From: Amoebidium appalachense
Taxonomy: Eukaryota > Protista > Ichthyosporea
Length of the DNA: 64,000 nucleotides
Reading direction: 5' to 3'
Assembly: GCA_963693365.1 (NCBI GenBank)
Contig: CAVNZM010000008.1
Coordinates: 3,873,572 to 3,937,571, forward strand
The notes below the pieces were generated by a model. That model saw only the letters and a program-made list of their open reading frames with translations, made no database searches and was not told where the DNA came from. Of this stretch, positions 1 to 41,575 are shown piece by piece (positions within the stretch are counted from its first letter, which is position 1; every line of letters starts with the position of its first letter). Position numbers and translations under genes: made by a program.

Positions 1-152
1 TTTGGAAAATATATTTTGCCCCCCCGCCTCCCCCTCCACCCCACCTTCAAGCAGAAATAACCTCAGTTACCGCTCAGTTGCTTGATTTGTGTGCCTGCTC
101 ACAAAATTTTTCTCTTTGTCAGGTGAAAGCTACACCACACACACACATAACC

Positions 153-185
<33 letters not shown>

Positions 186-273
186 CACCCCCCAACACCC
201 CACATGCACACCAAAAAACAAAACATTAAAATTCTCTCTCTCTTTTGTCACTTATCTTTAGGCCTCTGTGAAA

Positions 274-308
<35 letters not shown>

Positions 309-404
309 TTCCATAAAAAATAAAAAATAAAAAATTCTCTTTCTCTTTCTCGTTCTCACTCTGTTGTGCTAATTTGAATCACACATACTGGGGTTGAGTA
401 GCAG

Positions 405-515
405 GTCGTTAACACGCGAGGTGAGCGCTACAGCGTTATCAAGAGGGAGGAGACGGAGGAGGAAAAGAAGACCTATGTGAACCTCAAGCCAGCAAGAAAA
501 TACAGATTCCACTGA
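405..515 (+). CDS. CUEDC2: Terminal coding exon of a CUE domain-containing protein 2 homolog (gene starts upstream of the window)
   Basis: After a TAGCAG (NAGNAG) acceptor it reads [36 protein letters not shown], matching the recalled animal CUEDC2 C-terminus (..[23 protein letters not shown]). TGA at 513-515. Confidence 0.85.
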   Translation, partial: VVNTRGERYSVIKREETEEEKKTYVNLKPARKYRFH

Positions 516-953
516 CACCTGTAGTAATTATTGTATGTGATACTGTGTTGTTGCACGCGCTTTTGGTTGATTCTTTCGAATGTGAAAAAGATACTATGCC
601 TTTTGTATGTTCTCTCCAGGTTTAAAAGTACCAAAACTGATGATGGTTTTGGCGCGGAGGTGTTTCCTATCATGCGCCCAGCTGTTGATGATAGTGACAC
701 CTAATAAGAATAATCATCACAAAACATATTCTTATGGGGGCTCTACTGTTGAACTAGTCTTTCGACCTCTGCGTAGCAACATCGTACACAACTATATCTG
801 AAAAAACATGTAATACTAGTAATAGAGTAATCATTATGAGTTGGTACAATGTTAGAAACATGAAAGTGAATGGGCAAAGACACACATAGATTCGTTGAAT
901 GCCCAATAAACACCCAATGGTGAACATTTTTTTTCCCCCCCTTTCTTTCTTTC

Positions 954-1137
954 TTTTTTTTTATTTTTAAATCACGTTTGGTCCCGAAGGACCTTTGTAG
1001 GCCTTCAAGGGAACTACCGCCTACCACACAGCTATTAGTTAGGGTGAGATCTATGTGATCAGCTAAGCTAATTTATCATTCACAAAACCTAACTATTAGA
1101 CACACTTTGCCCAGGGTTAAACTACCCCAGCCACGCT
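954..1137 (-). mobile_element. Short element or heavily truncated copy carrying the 3' UTR and poly(A) tail of the LINE family at 45385-49283
   Basis: Collinear similarity to 45385-45593 (ATCACGTTT, CTACCACACAGC, CAGCTAAGCTAA, ACCTAACTAT, CACACTTTGCCCAGGG, ACTACCCCAGCCACGC), ending in a T-tract that is poly(A) on the minus strand. No TSD found. Confidence 0.8.
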
Positions 1138-1920
1138 GGTGCATAAGAGGTATGCTGATCAAATCCTGCCTGCACAGTGGCACATGCACAAAGTACAACC
1201 GCCTGCATACTTCGAGAGGCTTCGAATTCTGATTTTCTTTGGCTGCCAGCCACTAAGATCGGAATAAACGATGGTTACAGTGGAAAAATGTAAGCACGAC
1301 GATACTTTATATCACGAGGCTACACAGAGGCACACACACTTTACGATGGTGATTGTGGCCATGGTGAGCGGTGGCCATGAGGTCTCGAACATAGAGTGAC
1401 TCGAATGTGTGGTCTCCGGGTCCCAGGGCGACTGTAGGGGGTGTTACGTAATCGCCATTCTTAAAAGTCGAGTTGCATGTTTTGGCATGGTTTTTATGGC
1501 AGTAATGTGATAATATTCGTACACTTTCCTGCTGGATCCTGCAGTGATCGCTTCCGATTGGCTGTTCAATCTTGCCCCGGATCCGTGCTTGTCAAGGTGC
1601 ATCGATACTGTGTATTTACACGTGTAAATGCTTGTTAACCGTTTTCAAGTGCAGTGGGTGAAATCCTGCTGAATGTGTCATTTCCAGCATATGTTTTGAA
1701 GCTGTAATCTACGTGTTGGAAGTAGGCAGTCGTTAGTAGTATGAACGGCTAGCCGCGCAGACCCACATAGACAGGAGGAACGGAGACATACACCCCCCTA
1801 TTCCCCCCAACACGCTGTGGTTAATCAGGTGCACGTTACAGTTACTTGCTGATCATTATTTCAAGCCTTTAGATCCTACGTTCTCTTTTCGGTTTTAGGG
1901 GGCTTCCAGAATCTTTTATA

Positions 1921-21189
<19,269 letters not shown>

Positions 21190-21569
21190 ACGTTAAGGTT
21201 GCAAATTATGGGCTTAGACCCCTTTACCTATGAATTTTCAAGCATAATTCTCCATATAAAGCGTGTGATTGTCTATTTTCGTTTGGTGCCCGTGCATTGG
21301 GCCGGCCAGAAGCTCCGTATTTCAGTTTGGATATGCGGAATCCATGTTGGGTTAGTTGAAAGATGACGTAATGCAACGGCAAAACAGGATGGACTGTGAT
21401 AAAGCTCAGTTTGTATACGCTTTTGGACTCTCACGAATGTATTTGAGGTTTGAAACACAGGTTTGAGACACACATGTAGGTGTTGTGATTAGTTGGTATT
21501 TGATTGTGTGTGTGTGTGTCTGTGTATATGTGTGTTTGTGTGCCGTTCCATGTACGTGGTGTTGGCTGT

Positions 21570-21602
<33 letters not shown>

Positions 21603-21915
21603 GGGGGGGGGGGGGGGGGGGGGGGGAGGGGGGGGGGGGGGGGGGGGGGGGGGTGTTAGGCAAATGCATCATCACACACACCGTGCTCCATGAAGAGTGA
21701 TACGGTTGTACAAACACGATAACGAACACAAAATGGTTTAGTTATGCTCATTTTCCCATATGACCATATATGATAATTGCCCATAGATGCTGTCACTCAA
21801 CATATGTACATGTTTCACATTTGCGGGTATTACGTGGAGGCTTTTGTTGTTGGTAACCCCCTGGTGGTTTTAAGGGGTGTGATCAATTTGTGTTTCTGAA
21901 TCCTGTATGACGACT

Positions 21916-21949
<34 letters not shown>

Positions 21950-22266
21950 GGGGGGGGGGGGATCTTTGTCGTTCGTATTTGGCATGGTCGCTAGCCACAT
22001 GTATAATTGAGAGAATGGGAGGGGCAGGAGAGAAAATATGACAAGAGGGGGGAGGTGGTGGTGGGAGCGGCTCTTTTATGTGACAGTCATCTTGGTTGAA
22101 GCATTGCTCTTTGAATTGACGAAGCGCAAGTCTAGGCATCAGACCTAGACCCACCTTAAACGCATGTTTTTAAGGGTTTCGGCTCTGTGAGCTGATGGCG
22201 GTAAGGAATAAAATATGACTTTTCAGTTTGCCCGGCTATCCCCCCCCCCCCCCCCCCCCCCCCCCC

Positions 22267-22621
22267 GTGCATCTGTAAGCACATGCGCATTTTTCGCTGC
22301 ACTGCATTAGTTTGCACACACATCTGCACCGTTTTGCTCACCTTGCTTGCATAAGCAACCCTGCTCTTCTTTGATCGAGACGGGTTGACCCGCCCAAGTT
22401 CAGTTGATGCTGCTGTCTGAGTTGGAGCGTCGTATATACGCGGGCTAAGGGGTCGAAACTCAGACGCAATTGATGACTTGGGTCCTCCCTGAGGATGGGC
22501 TCTGCTTATGACGCATACTGTGCACATGGCTGATGTTGCATACTTGAATGTTTGCCTTTGCATGTGTCCTGCACCATGCTTCTCGTTGTGTATGCGTACT
22601 TCGTACCGTGTTCCGCATTCA

Positions 22622-22623
<2 letters not shown>
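22267..22623 (+). mobile_element. Longest copy (~357 bp) of an unclassified dispersed fold-back repeat, bounded by poly-C on both sides
   Basis: Nested inverted segments: CATAAGCA 22350-22357 / TGCTTATG 22503-22510; CCCAAGT 22393-22399 / ACTTGGG 22476-22482; GTCTGAGTT 22415-22423 / AACTCAGAC 22457-22465. The right half recurs elsewhere in the window. Confidence 0.7.
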
Positions 22624-22661
<38 letters not shown>

Positions 22662-23114
22662 TTCCCCCCCCCCTTCCAACACTCCCCAACACCCCACCAC
22701 CACCACCACCCACTTTACCCATCCACCCACTCATGGTGCATCCCACCGCTACCACAGAAAAAATCACAAAAATACGAAGGAAATAAATGGGGCGAATTTG
22801 AAAATGCTTCTTAAATAAAGACGGGGTTTACGCTGTTCCTCGAAGCAAAGAGAGACCAGTCTTAGGTATGGGGGGTTTTGCTCGGACTATCATACTCAGC
22901 AGGATATCATGATCAAGTACATAGATCTCGGGTGATGATTATATATTAGGGTTTTTCTTTCTATATAAAGCACCATATAAACTAATTAGACAGTAAGAAG
23001 AAAATCAATTAATATTAGTTGGGTTCTCCGTTTTTTTTGTTTGTTTGTTTTTTTCCAGCACCCCCGCCTCCCCCCCCTCCCAGCCTCGAGCTCCCCGAAC
23101 ACACAAACACAACA

Positions 23115-23150
<36 letters not shown>

Positions 23151-23456
23151 CGTATCGTGACGTGCGCGCACGCACACACTCACAGACATGCACTTGAACG
23201 GTCACCCCGCTTCCCTAGCTCCCCTCCCCCCTGCCACCTAACGTTATACGAGAACAGTTCAACTACAGCCGCAATGAAATAAAAAGGGTAGAGGTTGTTT
23301 TTTTATATATGTGTCTGGGTGTGTGTATGTGTTGGGGGGAGGCAGGAGGGGGAGGAGGTGGGGGGAGGGAGAGACGCGTACGAGGACCAAAAAAAAGATT
23401 GGGGGGCCCCGAGAGGGGGAGGGGGGGGGGGGGGGGGGGGACGAGGAAAAAAAAAA

Positions 23457-23493
<37 letters not shown>

Positions 23494-23616
23494 AGAGTGA
23501 CCGGGGTGTGTTGGGGGTGTGTTGGGGGTGTGTTGGGGGCGGGGGAGGGGAGAGGCCGAGAGGAGAGGGGGGGGGGGGGGGGGGGGACCGTCGTCGAGAG
23601 AGGGGAGGGGAAGGGG

Positions 23617-23666
<50 letters not shown>

Positions 23667-23849
23667 CTGGCAACGGAACGATGAAATAACGGAGCAGCTT
23701 CGAGTCAAGTTGCAGGTGTACATGTCTGGGTACTACATTCGCATTTACTGGACAGCCAAGTATAGCTAAAGGCTCTTTTGACATTCTTACAGAACACCAA
23801 TCAACAATCCGGAATCAACTCTAGATGTCAGGTACAAATACATAACCAA

Positions 23850-25015
23850 ACATCACCTCCCAGATGCATACCTTTTGACCACTGCATATCTCACATCCGA
23901 TTTATCTGCGTAGCAAAAGGCACCATAGATATCACCCCAATTTGGCAGGCGGGCGTGAGGGGGGTTAACTGCAAAGTTAAATTCTCGTCCCCTTCAACTA
24001 CCACAACGGGCCCCCCGCTGTCCCCTTTGCACACAGTTGTATCCACGCCCCCGGCGCAGATGTGCTCCTCAGAGTCTGGATTTACAGGAATAGGGGGGTT
24101 TCAAAAAAAATTACGCAAAACCTTCTTGCATTTATCGGTGTCCTGAAGTCTCAAATTTGCCGTCTGCAAATTCGTAGGAATGTGTGAAGGCAGAGGAAGT
24201 TGAGTAAAATTTGGTTTTAGGGGGTCATATAGGAGTCCCCAACCAAACACACTCGGTTGGGATGAGGTGACATTCACTGCTCGCACTTCGGTGCATTAAA
24301 AGTTAATCGCATATATTATGCATTAGGTAGGAAGATCGGCGATTCCAATTTGATAAGCGCAACGTCGTTCGTAGTAACCCACCCATAGTCAACAAAATCG
24401 TAACTGTAATTTTCATTAACGATAATTTCCTCGGGAATTCGCGCGGAAAACCCACCTATTACACGCACTCTCCATTTCCTCCCGAGTGCCACTGGGTAGT
24501 TTGCTATCTCCGACCAACACGACAAAATTTGGACGGGGGGTTCCATCAATAATTGTAGTTTTTGCAGGAAGTGCCGAAACGTTAAACGGTGTAATGCAAT
24601 GTGCCGCAGTAAGAACCCAAGAGGGTGCAATCAGTGAACCCCCACAAATGTGCTGGTACCCGGGGGTTTTTCCTTCTTGTTGAGGAATGGCTTGAAATAG
24701 GGCATGCGCAGCCATCCATGGATATGCTGGGGAGTCGTGGCCATTGAGAACTTTCGCATGGACCCCCCCCCCCCCCCCCCCCCCCCATGGTTTGATTTTG
24801 CGCGGGTAACGTGTCCAGTTCCCGGTGATTCGCGCTGAGTTTGTGTGAGAAATGAGAAGGGTGCTTGTGTTTTCCTGTATTTGCTCTTGTGGAATGTAGC
24901 AAGTAAAACGGTAAGACAGAAGAGTAGTCGAGTTAGTCATTTTTCCGGTTGTGGTGGTTAGGAACCCTTTAGATACAGAGAGATGTTCCGGATGTTCTTG
25001 TGCGATTCGCATCAT
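23850..25015 (-). pseudogene. Trypsin-like (S1A) serine protease, disrupted
   Basis: K|VLNG activation-like site, PWMA, CGGSLIAPSWVLTAAHC (His), NDVALIKL (Asp), VFGWG, ICAG, CKGDSGGP (Ser). Frameshifts near 24480, 24287 and 24105 and an in-frame TAA at about 24316-24318. The 3' boundary is approximate. Confidence 0.85.
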
Positions 25016-25478
25016 GTTCTGTGTTGTTAACCAGAGCTACAAAAGAAAACGAACACATGTACTCGGAGTAAGTTACAATTTCTCATGCTGCTGCCAAATA
25101 TAGATGTCTTTACAGCCACACATACTGGGAAGCGGAAGAATTATCTGTTTCGGTCAAATCGAAAACTTCGCTGGTAGGGGAAACCTTTGAGTTGGTTAGT
25201 GCTAATGAGCTTCGAGTTCACATTGCCATAATCATACATGCTCGGGTTGCTAAAGGTGAGGTTTTAGCAGCTATTAGTGGATTACTGCACATTAATTCTT
25301 TGGGGCACGAGTAAGTGTGTGTTATAAAACGAAAAGAAAAGGTTTCAGATCATTGAGTTGATCTCTCTGTGCTCCTCGTTCCCATGGCCGGGCTTCTGAA
25401 CACAAAATACCCCAAATTAGCCTGTACGTTCCACATAATAAAAGAACTCTTAATTATATTCATGAAGGCCCTTAATCA

Positions 25479-26183
25479 TTAGTCAGAAGGGTCCCTTCTA
25501 GCCTCTGTTTTTGCGAATGCTTCTCTTCGATCTGGCAACGTGGTGGGCCCAGGTACAGCCTCTACAGGCGTAGTAGAGAGCGAGTACTTGGGATGATCAT
25601 ATATGATATGATTAGACCGCACCGCACCAAGCAAATTGCAAAAGATGCCTATATATGGCTCAGTTCGGTAGATCATTACATTTGTCAAAAAAGATTGGAC
25701 TTCTGCCCCTCAGTATGATACGCACCACTGACCAGCACTAAAATGAACCTCGGTATCTTTGGTAACATGGTATTTTGAAGCACAGCAAGCACCCCGCGAT
25801 TTTTTGGAGGAAAAAGGAGAGGAAATTATTTGTGCCTCCGGACATTCGCCTTGTAGACTAGTAGTGGATATCGGCGATCGCCAGGTAGCGTGCTGATATA
25901 GGAACTGAATCATTCGCCCAGAACGCACCGCACATCCGATTGGTTTACGCATGCGGTAAAAAATGCTCCTAAAGGTCTGTGTTGATTGGTGTACGTGTTG
26001 ATGAGATTCCACCCCTTCTGCTACCTGAGGTCGACAGAGGCCAAATAGATATATATGTACACGATACGTTATACTTACCTGAAAGGTCCCTAATTGGCTA
26101 TAGTGTAGACAGCCTAGACACCATGCCGGCGACTTAGAGTAACCGCCAAAGTGCCAGGCTGCGAGCTTCGTATATTTATGCAT
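25479..26183 (-). pseudogene. Unidentified spliced reading frame with one internal TGA
   Basis: ORFs 25710-26183 and 25479-25688 are in the same frame. A consensus 54-nt intron CAG|GTAAGT..CTCAG lies at 26078-26025. No recognisable family. Confidence 0.35.
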
Positions 26184-26942
26184 GTTGATTCCATTTTAAT
26201 CATGTATTTTAAGTGCCGACATTTGCGTGGTGCCACCTTACCCAATCAACATCATTGTAAGCTCAGTCTCAGACTCTCAGTGACTGCGCGTGGCCCGTGG
26301 CCCGTGGCCCTGTGCCCCTTCAATTCCAGCACTTATATTTGTGCAGGTGTCCCTCGCGCATTATGTATGTACACCTGTGTGCATGCGTTTTAGGTGTGCG
26401 CGCAGCGGCGTGGTTGGGTGTTTTTGGAGGCGAGACGCAGGGATGGTGTCGGATCGCCGTGACAAGTGTACACGAGGATATGTCACTTCTAGTAGTCCTG
26501 TGAAAAATCACGTGCGTGGCCGTGAGAATTTTTTTCGAAAGCTCTGGAAGCTAGACACCCAAACGTATTCAAGTAATGTACTAGTAATTCCACTCACGTG
26601 ATAAGTGTTGTTTTTGCTGTCAAATAAAGGTCTACTTGCCCCTATATCTCGTGCATCCTCCCAACCGCACACGAAGACCATCCTCGAAAAATATTTAACG
26701 GGTAATTAGTTCCGGCTGGTGTATGCGAGTATGCACAGGCGGCTGACTGTTCTCCAGTCCTGCGGGCTTGCTTTACTTACAGCAGACCTGACGTGTGGAA
26801 ACATCATTAGTACTAGTGCTAATTATATCCATATGTAATGTTGGCTTTCTGGTCAGCCTGTTAGCATTTGGCAACGGCCCTTGAGTGACCCCTCCTCTTT
26901 GGGAAGCAACTTCTTTTACAACCCAAACGTGCACACACTGCC

Positions 26943-37344
<10,402 letters not shown>

Positions 37345-37717
37345 TAGGTACCCTAAAACCACGTGTACGTTCCCTTAGCAACAAATCATCCTCAGCCAAC
37401 AGGCAAATCACCACTATAGTACATGCTCGTCATGTTCAGTCACCCCCCCCCCCCCCCCCCCCCCCTCCCCCCCCCTCCCTCTTCATGCCCGGGGCCCTTC
37501 TTCCTCCTCCCCCCCCCCCCTCCCCCCACCCCCATGCCGACCCCGACCCCACACGCAAACATTCCATCAACCCTTTCCCTCCATCGGAGACCTCCTCCCC
37601 CCCCCTCCCTCCCCCCCCCCCACCAAAAAAAAAAAAAGAAACGAAAAAAAGGCAAGGGCACATACAAAATGGCACACACACACAGACCACCACCACAACC
37701 ACTACCACTACCATTCG

Positions 37718-37766
<49 letters not shown>

Positions 37767-38189
37767 AAAATAAATAAATAAAAAATAAAAAGAAAATATA
37801 TAAAATAAAATAAAATAATAAAACCCACCCCCCCAAGGAAGAGAAAAAAAAAATAAAAAGAAAGGGAAAAAAAAAAAACTTCCATGTGTGTGCGCGTGTG
37901 TGTGCGCGCGTGTGTGTATGTGGTGGCGGTGGCGGTGATGGTTAAAGGAGGAGGGGGATGAGGCGGGGGGAGAGGGGGGGAGGGGGGATGGGTTTATACG
38001 ATTCCAGCTGCAGATGGCCTAAAATCTTTGTATCATGGACCTTCTATTCGGCCTGTTGTTTTCTTTACTAGGATACAACGATGGCGTTGGTTACGCTCGG
38101 CCACAGACCTAGCAATAATTTATGATATTTTTCTTCTTTCTTTCATATTTTTTTTCTTTCCTTTTTTCCTTCTTTCTCGATCCCCCCCC

Positions 38190-38227
<38 letters not shown>

Positions 38228-38260
38228 CCACCTCCCCCCTCCCCCCGCCCCCGTGTGCAG

Positions 38261-38579
38261 TAGTGACCAAGGTGCCCGAGGGCAAAGGAAAACATGCCGC
38301 GGGGTCACTGGCACAACATTTCAACGAGCCGGTGGGTGTCATAAAACTTGAAAACGAGGATGTCACGGCCACTGGAAAGACTGAAATTTGAATATCTCAT
38401 GGAATATCCCTTACCAGGGCCAAGGATCGTCGGAACGCGACGAAACTTCAGATATGGAGATAGTTATGCAGGAGGTTGCAGAGTTACAGGAGGTGCTCAG
38501 TGAAAGAGTGAGTGTGTGGAAAGAGGTTCTTGTGGCTCTAGCTGCCGAAAAGGAACCAACAGAAATGGTGGATGTATAG
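38261..38579 (+). pseudogene. Orphan exon-like segment with a coiled-coil-like end, possibly the former tail exon of the upstream GPCR
   Basis: GTGTGCAG acceptor, then VTKVPEGKGKHAAG.., a frameshift near 38390, and ..MQEVAELQEVLSERVSVWKEVLVALAAEKE..*. Confidence 0.3.
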
Positions 38580-39069
38580 CCATATTAGGAAAAGTAGTGT
38601 TTCCTCAAATAGTTTATGTAGCGGTCTCAATTTTTTTGTCATTCTCGTTTGACCTGTATGTACAGTACCATGCATAGCTTCCTCGGCTTTCCTTCCCCTT
38701 TGTTTATTTGCGTTTGTTATTATGGCCATCTGTTTCCCCCTACACCTTTCATCATGTCTCGAATATAGATGGCAAGTAATGATGAATAAACCAAAGGCAC
38801 ATGTAACACCTTTGGGTGTTTTCCTTTTTGTATTTTCTTTTCAATATCTTTTAAAGTTCAAGAAAACCCGATGAAATGTTAAGTCAACCAACCTACAGGT
38901 ACACGAGCAAGTAACTATTAGAGTACTATTTCATGGTGTGAATTCAACTTTTTACGGTATGCAAAAAAAGAAAAGAAAAAAAAAAAAAGAAAAAAAAAGT
39001 TCCAAGTGCTCACGAAAAAAAAAGAGAATAGCTATTGTTGGCGTGTTTACATAGAAATCGTGCCCGCCG

Positions 39070-39210
39070 AAACAACCACATCCTTTCTACTTGTGCTTCG
39101 TTTCACATGCCAACATGTGCCTGAACTCAACTCTTCCCCAGCCAAGCAACACCAACTTTATTACCCTCACTAGCTCCAAAACCCTCACGAGTGTTCACAC
39201 AGATTCACTC
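39070..39210 (+). repeat. Diverged direct duplicate of 26965-27107 (5' region of the SBP-GPCR locus)
   Basis: Shared TGCCAACATGTGCCTGA..ACTCTTC..CAGCCAAG..TATTACCC.CACTAGCTCCAA.ACCCTCACGAGTGTTCACACA.ATTCACTC. Confidence 0.85.
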
Positions 39211-39217
39211 ACAAAAT

Positions 39218-39463
<246 letters not shown>

Positions 39464-39657
39464 CCCCCCCCCCTCCCTCCCTCCCTCTCTCTTTGAAAAA
39501 AATCTCTCTCTCTCTTTCTCCCCCCCCCCCTCCCCCTCCCCCCTCACTGTCTTTCCCTCCTCCCCCCCCCCCCCCCCCCCCCCCCGGGGCAGGCCGCTCT
39601 GCCGAGTCAATAGTGACATTCTCTCTCAAACTCACTCTCACTCTCGCTCTCTCTCTC

Positions 39658-39733
<76 letters not shown>

Positions 39734-39945
39734 AAAAAAAAAAAACCACAACAAAACAAAAAAAAAAAAAAAACACGATATGCACACGTCATAATCTATG
39801 TGTATATGAGCCAGTCTGCCAGTGCAAGGCACCGTCATACGCTATGCCTCGATGTGCATGCCGCTACCGTTCTTGTACTACACAAGTCACAGTGTGTGTG
39901 TGCATGTGTGTGTGACAACATGTGCGTGCGTGTGTGTGTGACAAA

Positions 39946-40028
<83 letters not shown>

Positions 40029-41575
40029 TATTTGCCACTTCGCCCCATGTACCCCCGTTGACATATATGCGAAAGAGCGCGTGGCCTATGGCGAAAGCTC
40101 AAAAAGAGTAAGCAGGCTTGGGGCTGGGAGCGAAGCCGCGGCCCGCGGGTCACCGTTGACTTGAAGCCGCGCCCCGGCAGCTGCAGAACGGTACAGAAAA
40201 AGACCAAGTCCAATGGCCATGGATGGCCGCGGATGATAATGCTATTTACTAACGATTTGCAGCACGTCTGCTCACGGCAACTCTGGCATATGGCATTGTT
40301 GCTACTCGGACATCTAACAAACGAAAGCAATAAAATAGTGTTTCTGTAGAATGCATGACGAGGGAGCATTTCTCAGACTCTGCCAACCCCGAGGGCCTCA
40401 GGCCCGAGTCGCACCGCGGTACCGTGGTGCCACCTTGGTGCCACCACGCGGGTGCACATGGAATCTCAGATGCGACGGCAATCGGCCGCGGCACTGATCA
40501 TGAAGCTGGATGGCGGTATTTGCCCCTGATGATGGATGAAACTGTGCAGTGCACCAGCAAAAGTTTTAGTATTGCCTTTGCAAATCAAATACATTTTAAG
40601 GGGAACGAATATGCATATGTATTCTACATTTTGCTTCATCATTCCTGTAGCCACTTTGAGTGAAGCTGCTGAGTGAGCGAGAGCATCCCGCTTTTTATTG
40701 CGATGGAATGTACGATGCATTGATACGATTGGCTGGCAGGGTTGGAACTAGCCGCCTTCTTACAGGGTGTTGATCATATCATGGTCACCGAGCTTCCGAA
40801 CGTTCGGTGTGAGAGTAGTGTGCAGCACCCCGTCGACCGCCTTCCCACTGAAAAACGTGCCTCTCTGTAACAACAACAGTATTTTTATATGCAGACACAC
40901 ATGCAACAGCTAGGGTGGGAATGATGTTGACTGGCCTTCTCTCGCCTTCCTTGGTTTTTGATTACCATTGGCAATCTATTCAGTCCTCTATGTTGGTACC
41001 GGTGGCGGGGTCCTTTCACTATCACTCAAGTTCCGAAGATGAGAAACATCAGTATACTGCAATTCGCTTTTCCCTCCAAAAGCAATACACTGTAAACGTT
41101 TTCTTGGCAGCAGTTACAGCAGCTATCTCTTAAGCTGAGTTGCCCCTATAATTTCGACGTGTACCAGTAGAGAAACTTTATCGCTGACTCCACTACATAT
41201 CGTTTTCATTAACAATGACTCCATGACCTCTGCTCTTTTTGTGGTTCTACTTAGATTCGTACGCTTGATCACTGAAACTCTCTTGCCGAAGAACCTTAAG
41301 TCCCCCGACGGAAATTACTCCTCATAGGAGACTAATGGACAGGAGCTTGGTTTCAAAAACCCACACCCACACGCACTTGTAAATTTGCGTACTTAATTAA
41401 ATGAGGCCATCAAAACCCCAGTGCTAGTGCTCGCTTCGACTTGCAACCGGAAGCTGCGGACTATGTCCGTCACGCAAGTGTTGTCATTTTCACAGCATCC
41501 TCTTCGTGTTCTTTTCAAAATAACATAAATGAATATAGCAACCCATTTAGGTAAAAGTTTCATAAAATCTGAGAA

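Noticed and set aside
21919-21961. T-run/G-run junctions as telomeric repeats
   Set aside because: They are single long homopolymer pairs at internal sites, not tandem fixed-length units.
26071-26081. ATACTTACCTG, identical to the U1 snRNA 5' end
   Set aside because: No U1-70K loop (GAUCA), U1A loop (AUUGCAC) or Sm site follows. It is the reverse complement of a consensus 5' splice site on the minus strand.
40520-40560. CTGATGA-TGGAT-GAAACTGTGCAGT, resembling a minimal hammerhead
   Set aside because: No stem II can form, the cleavage-site base would be G, and stem I is unconvincing.
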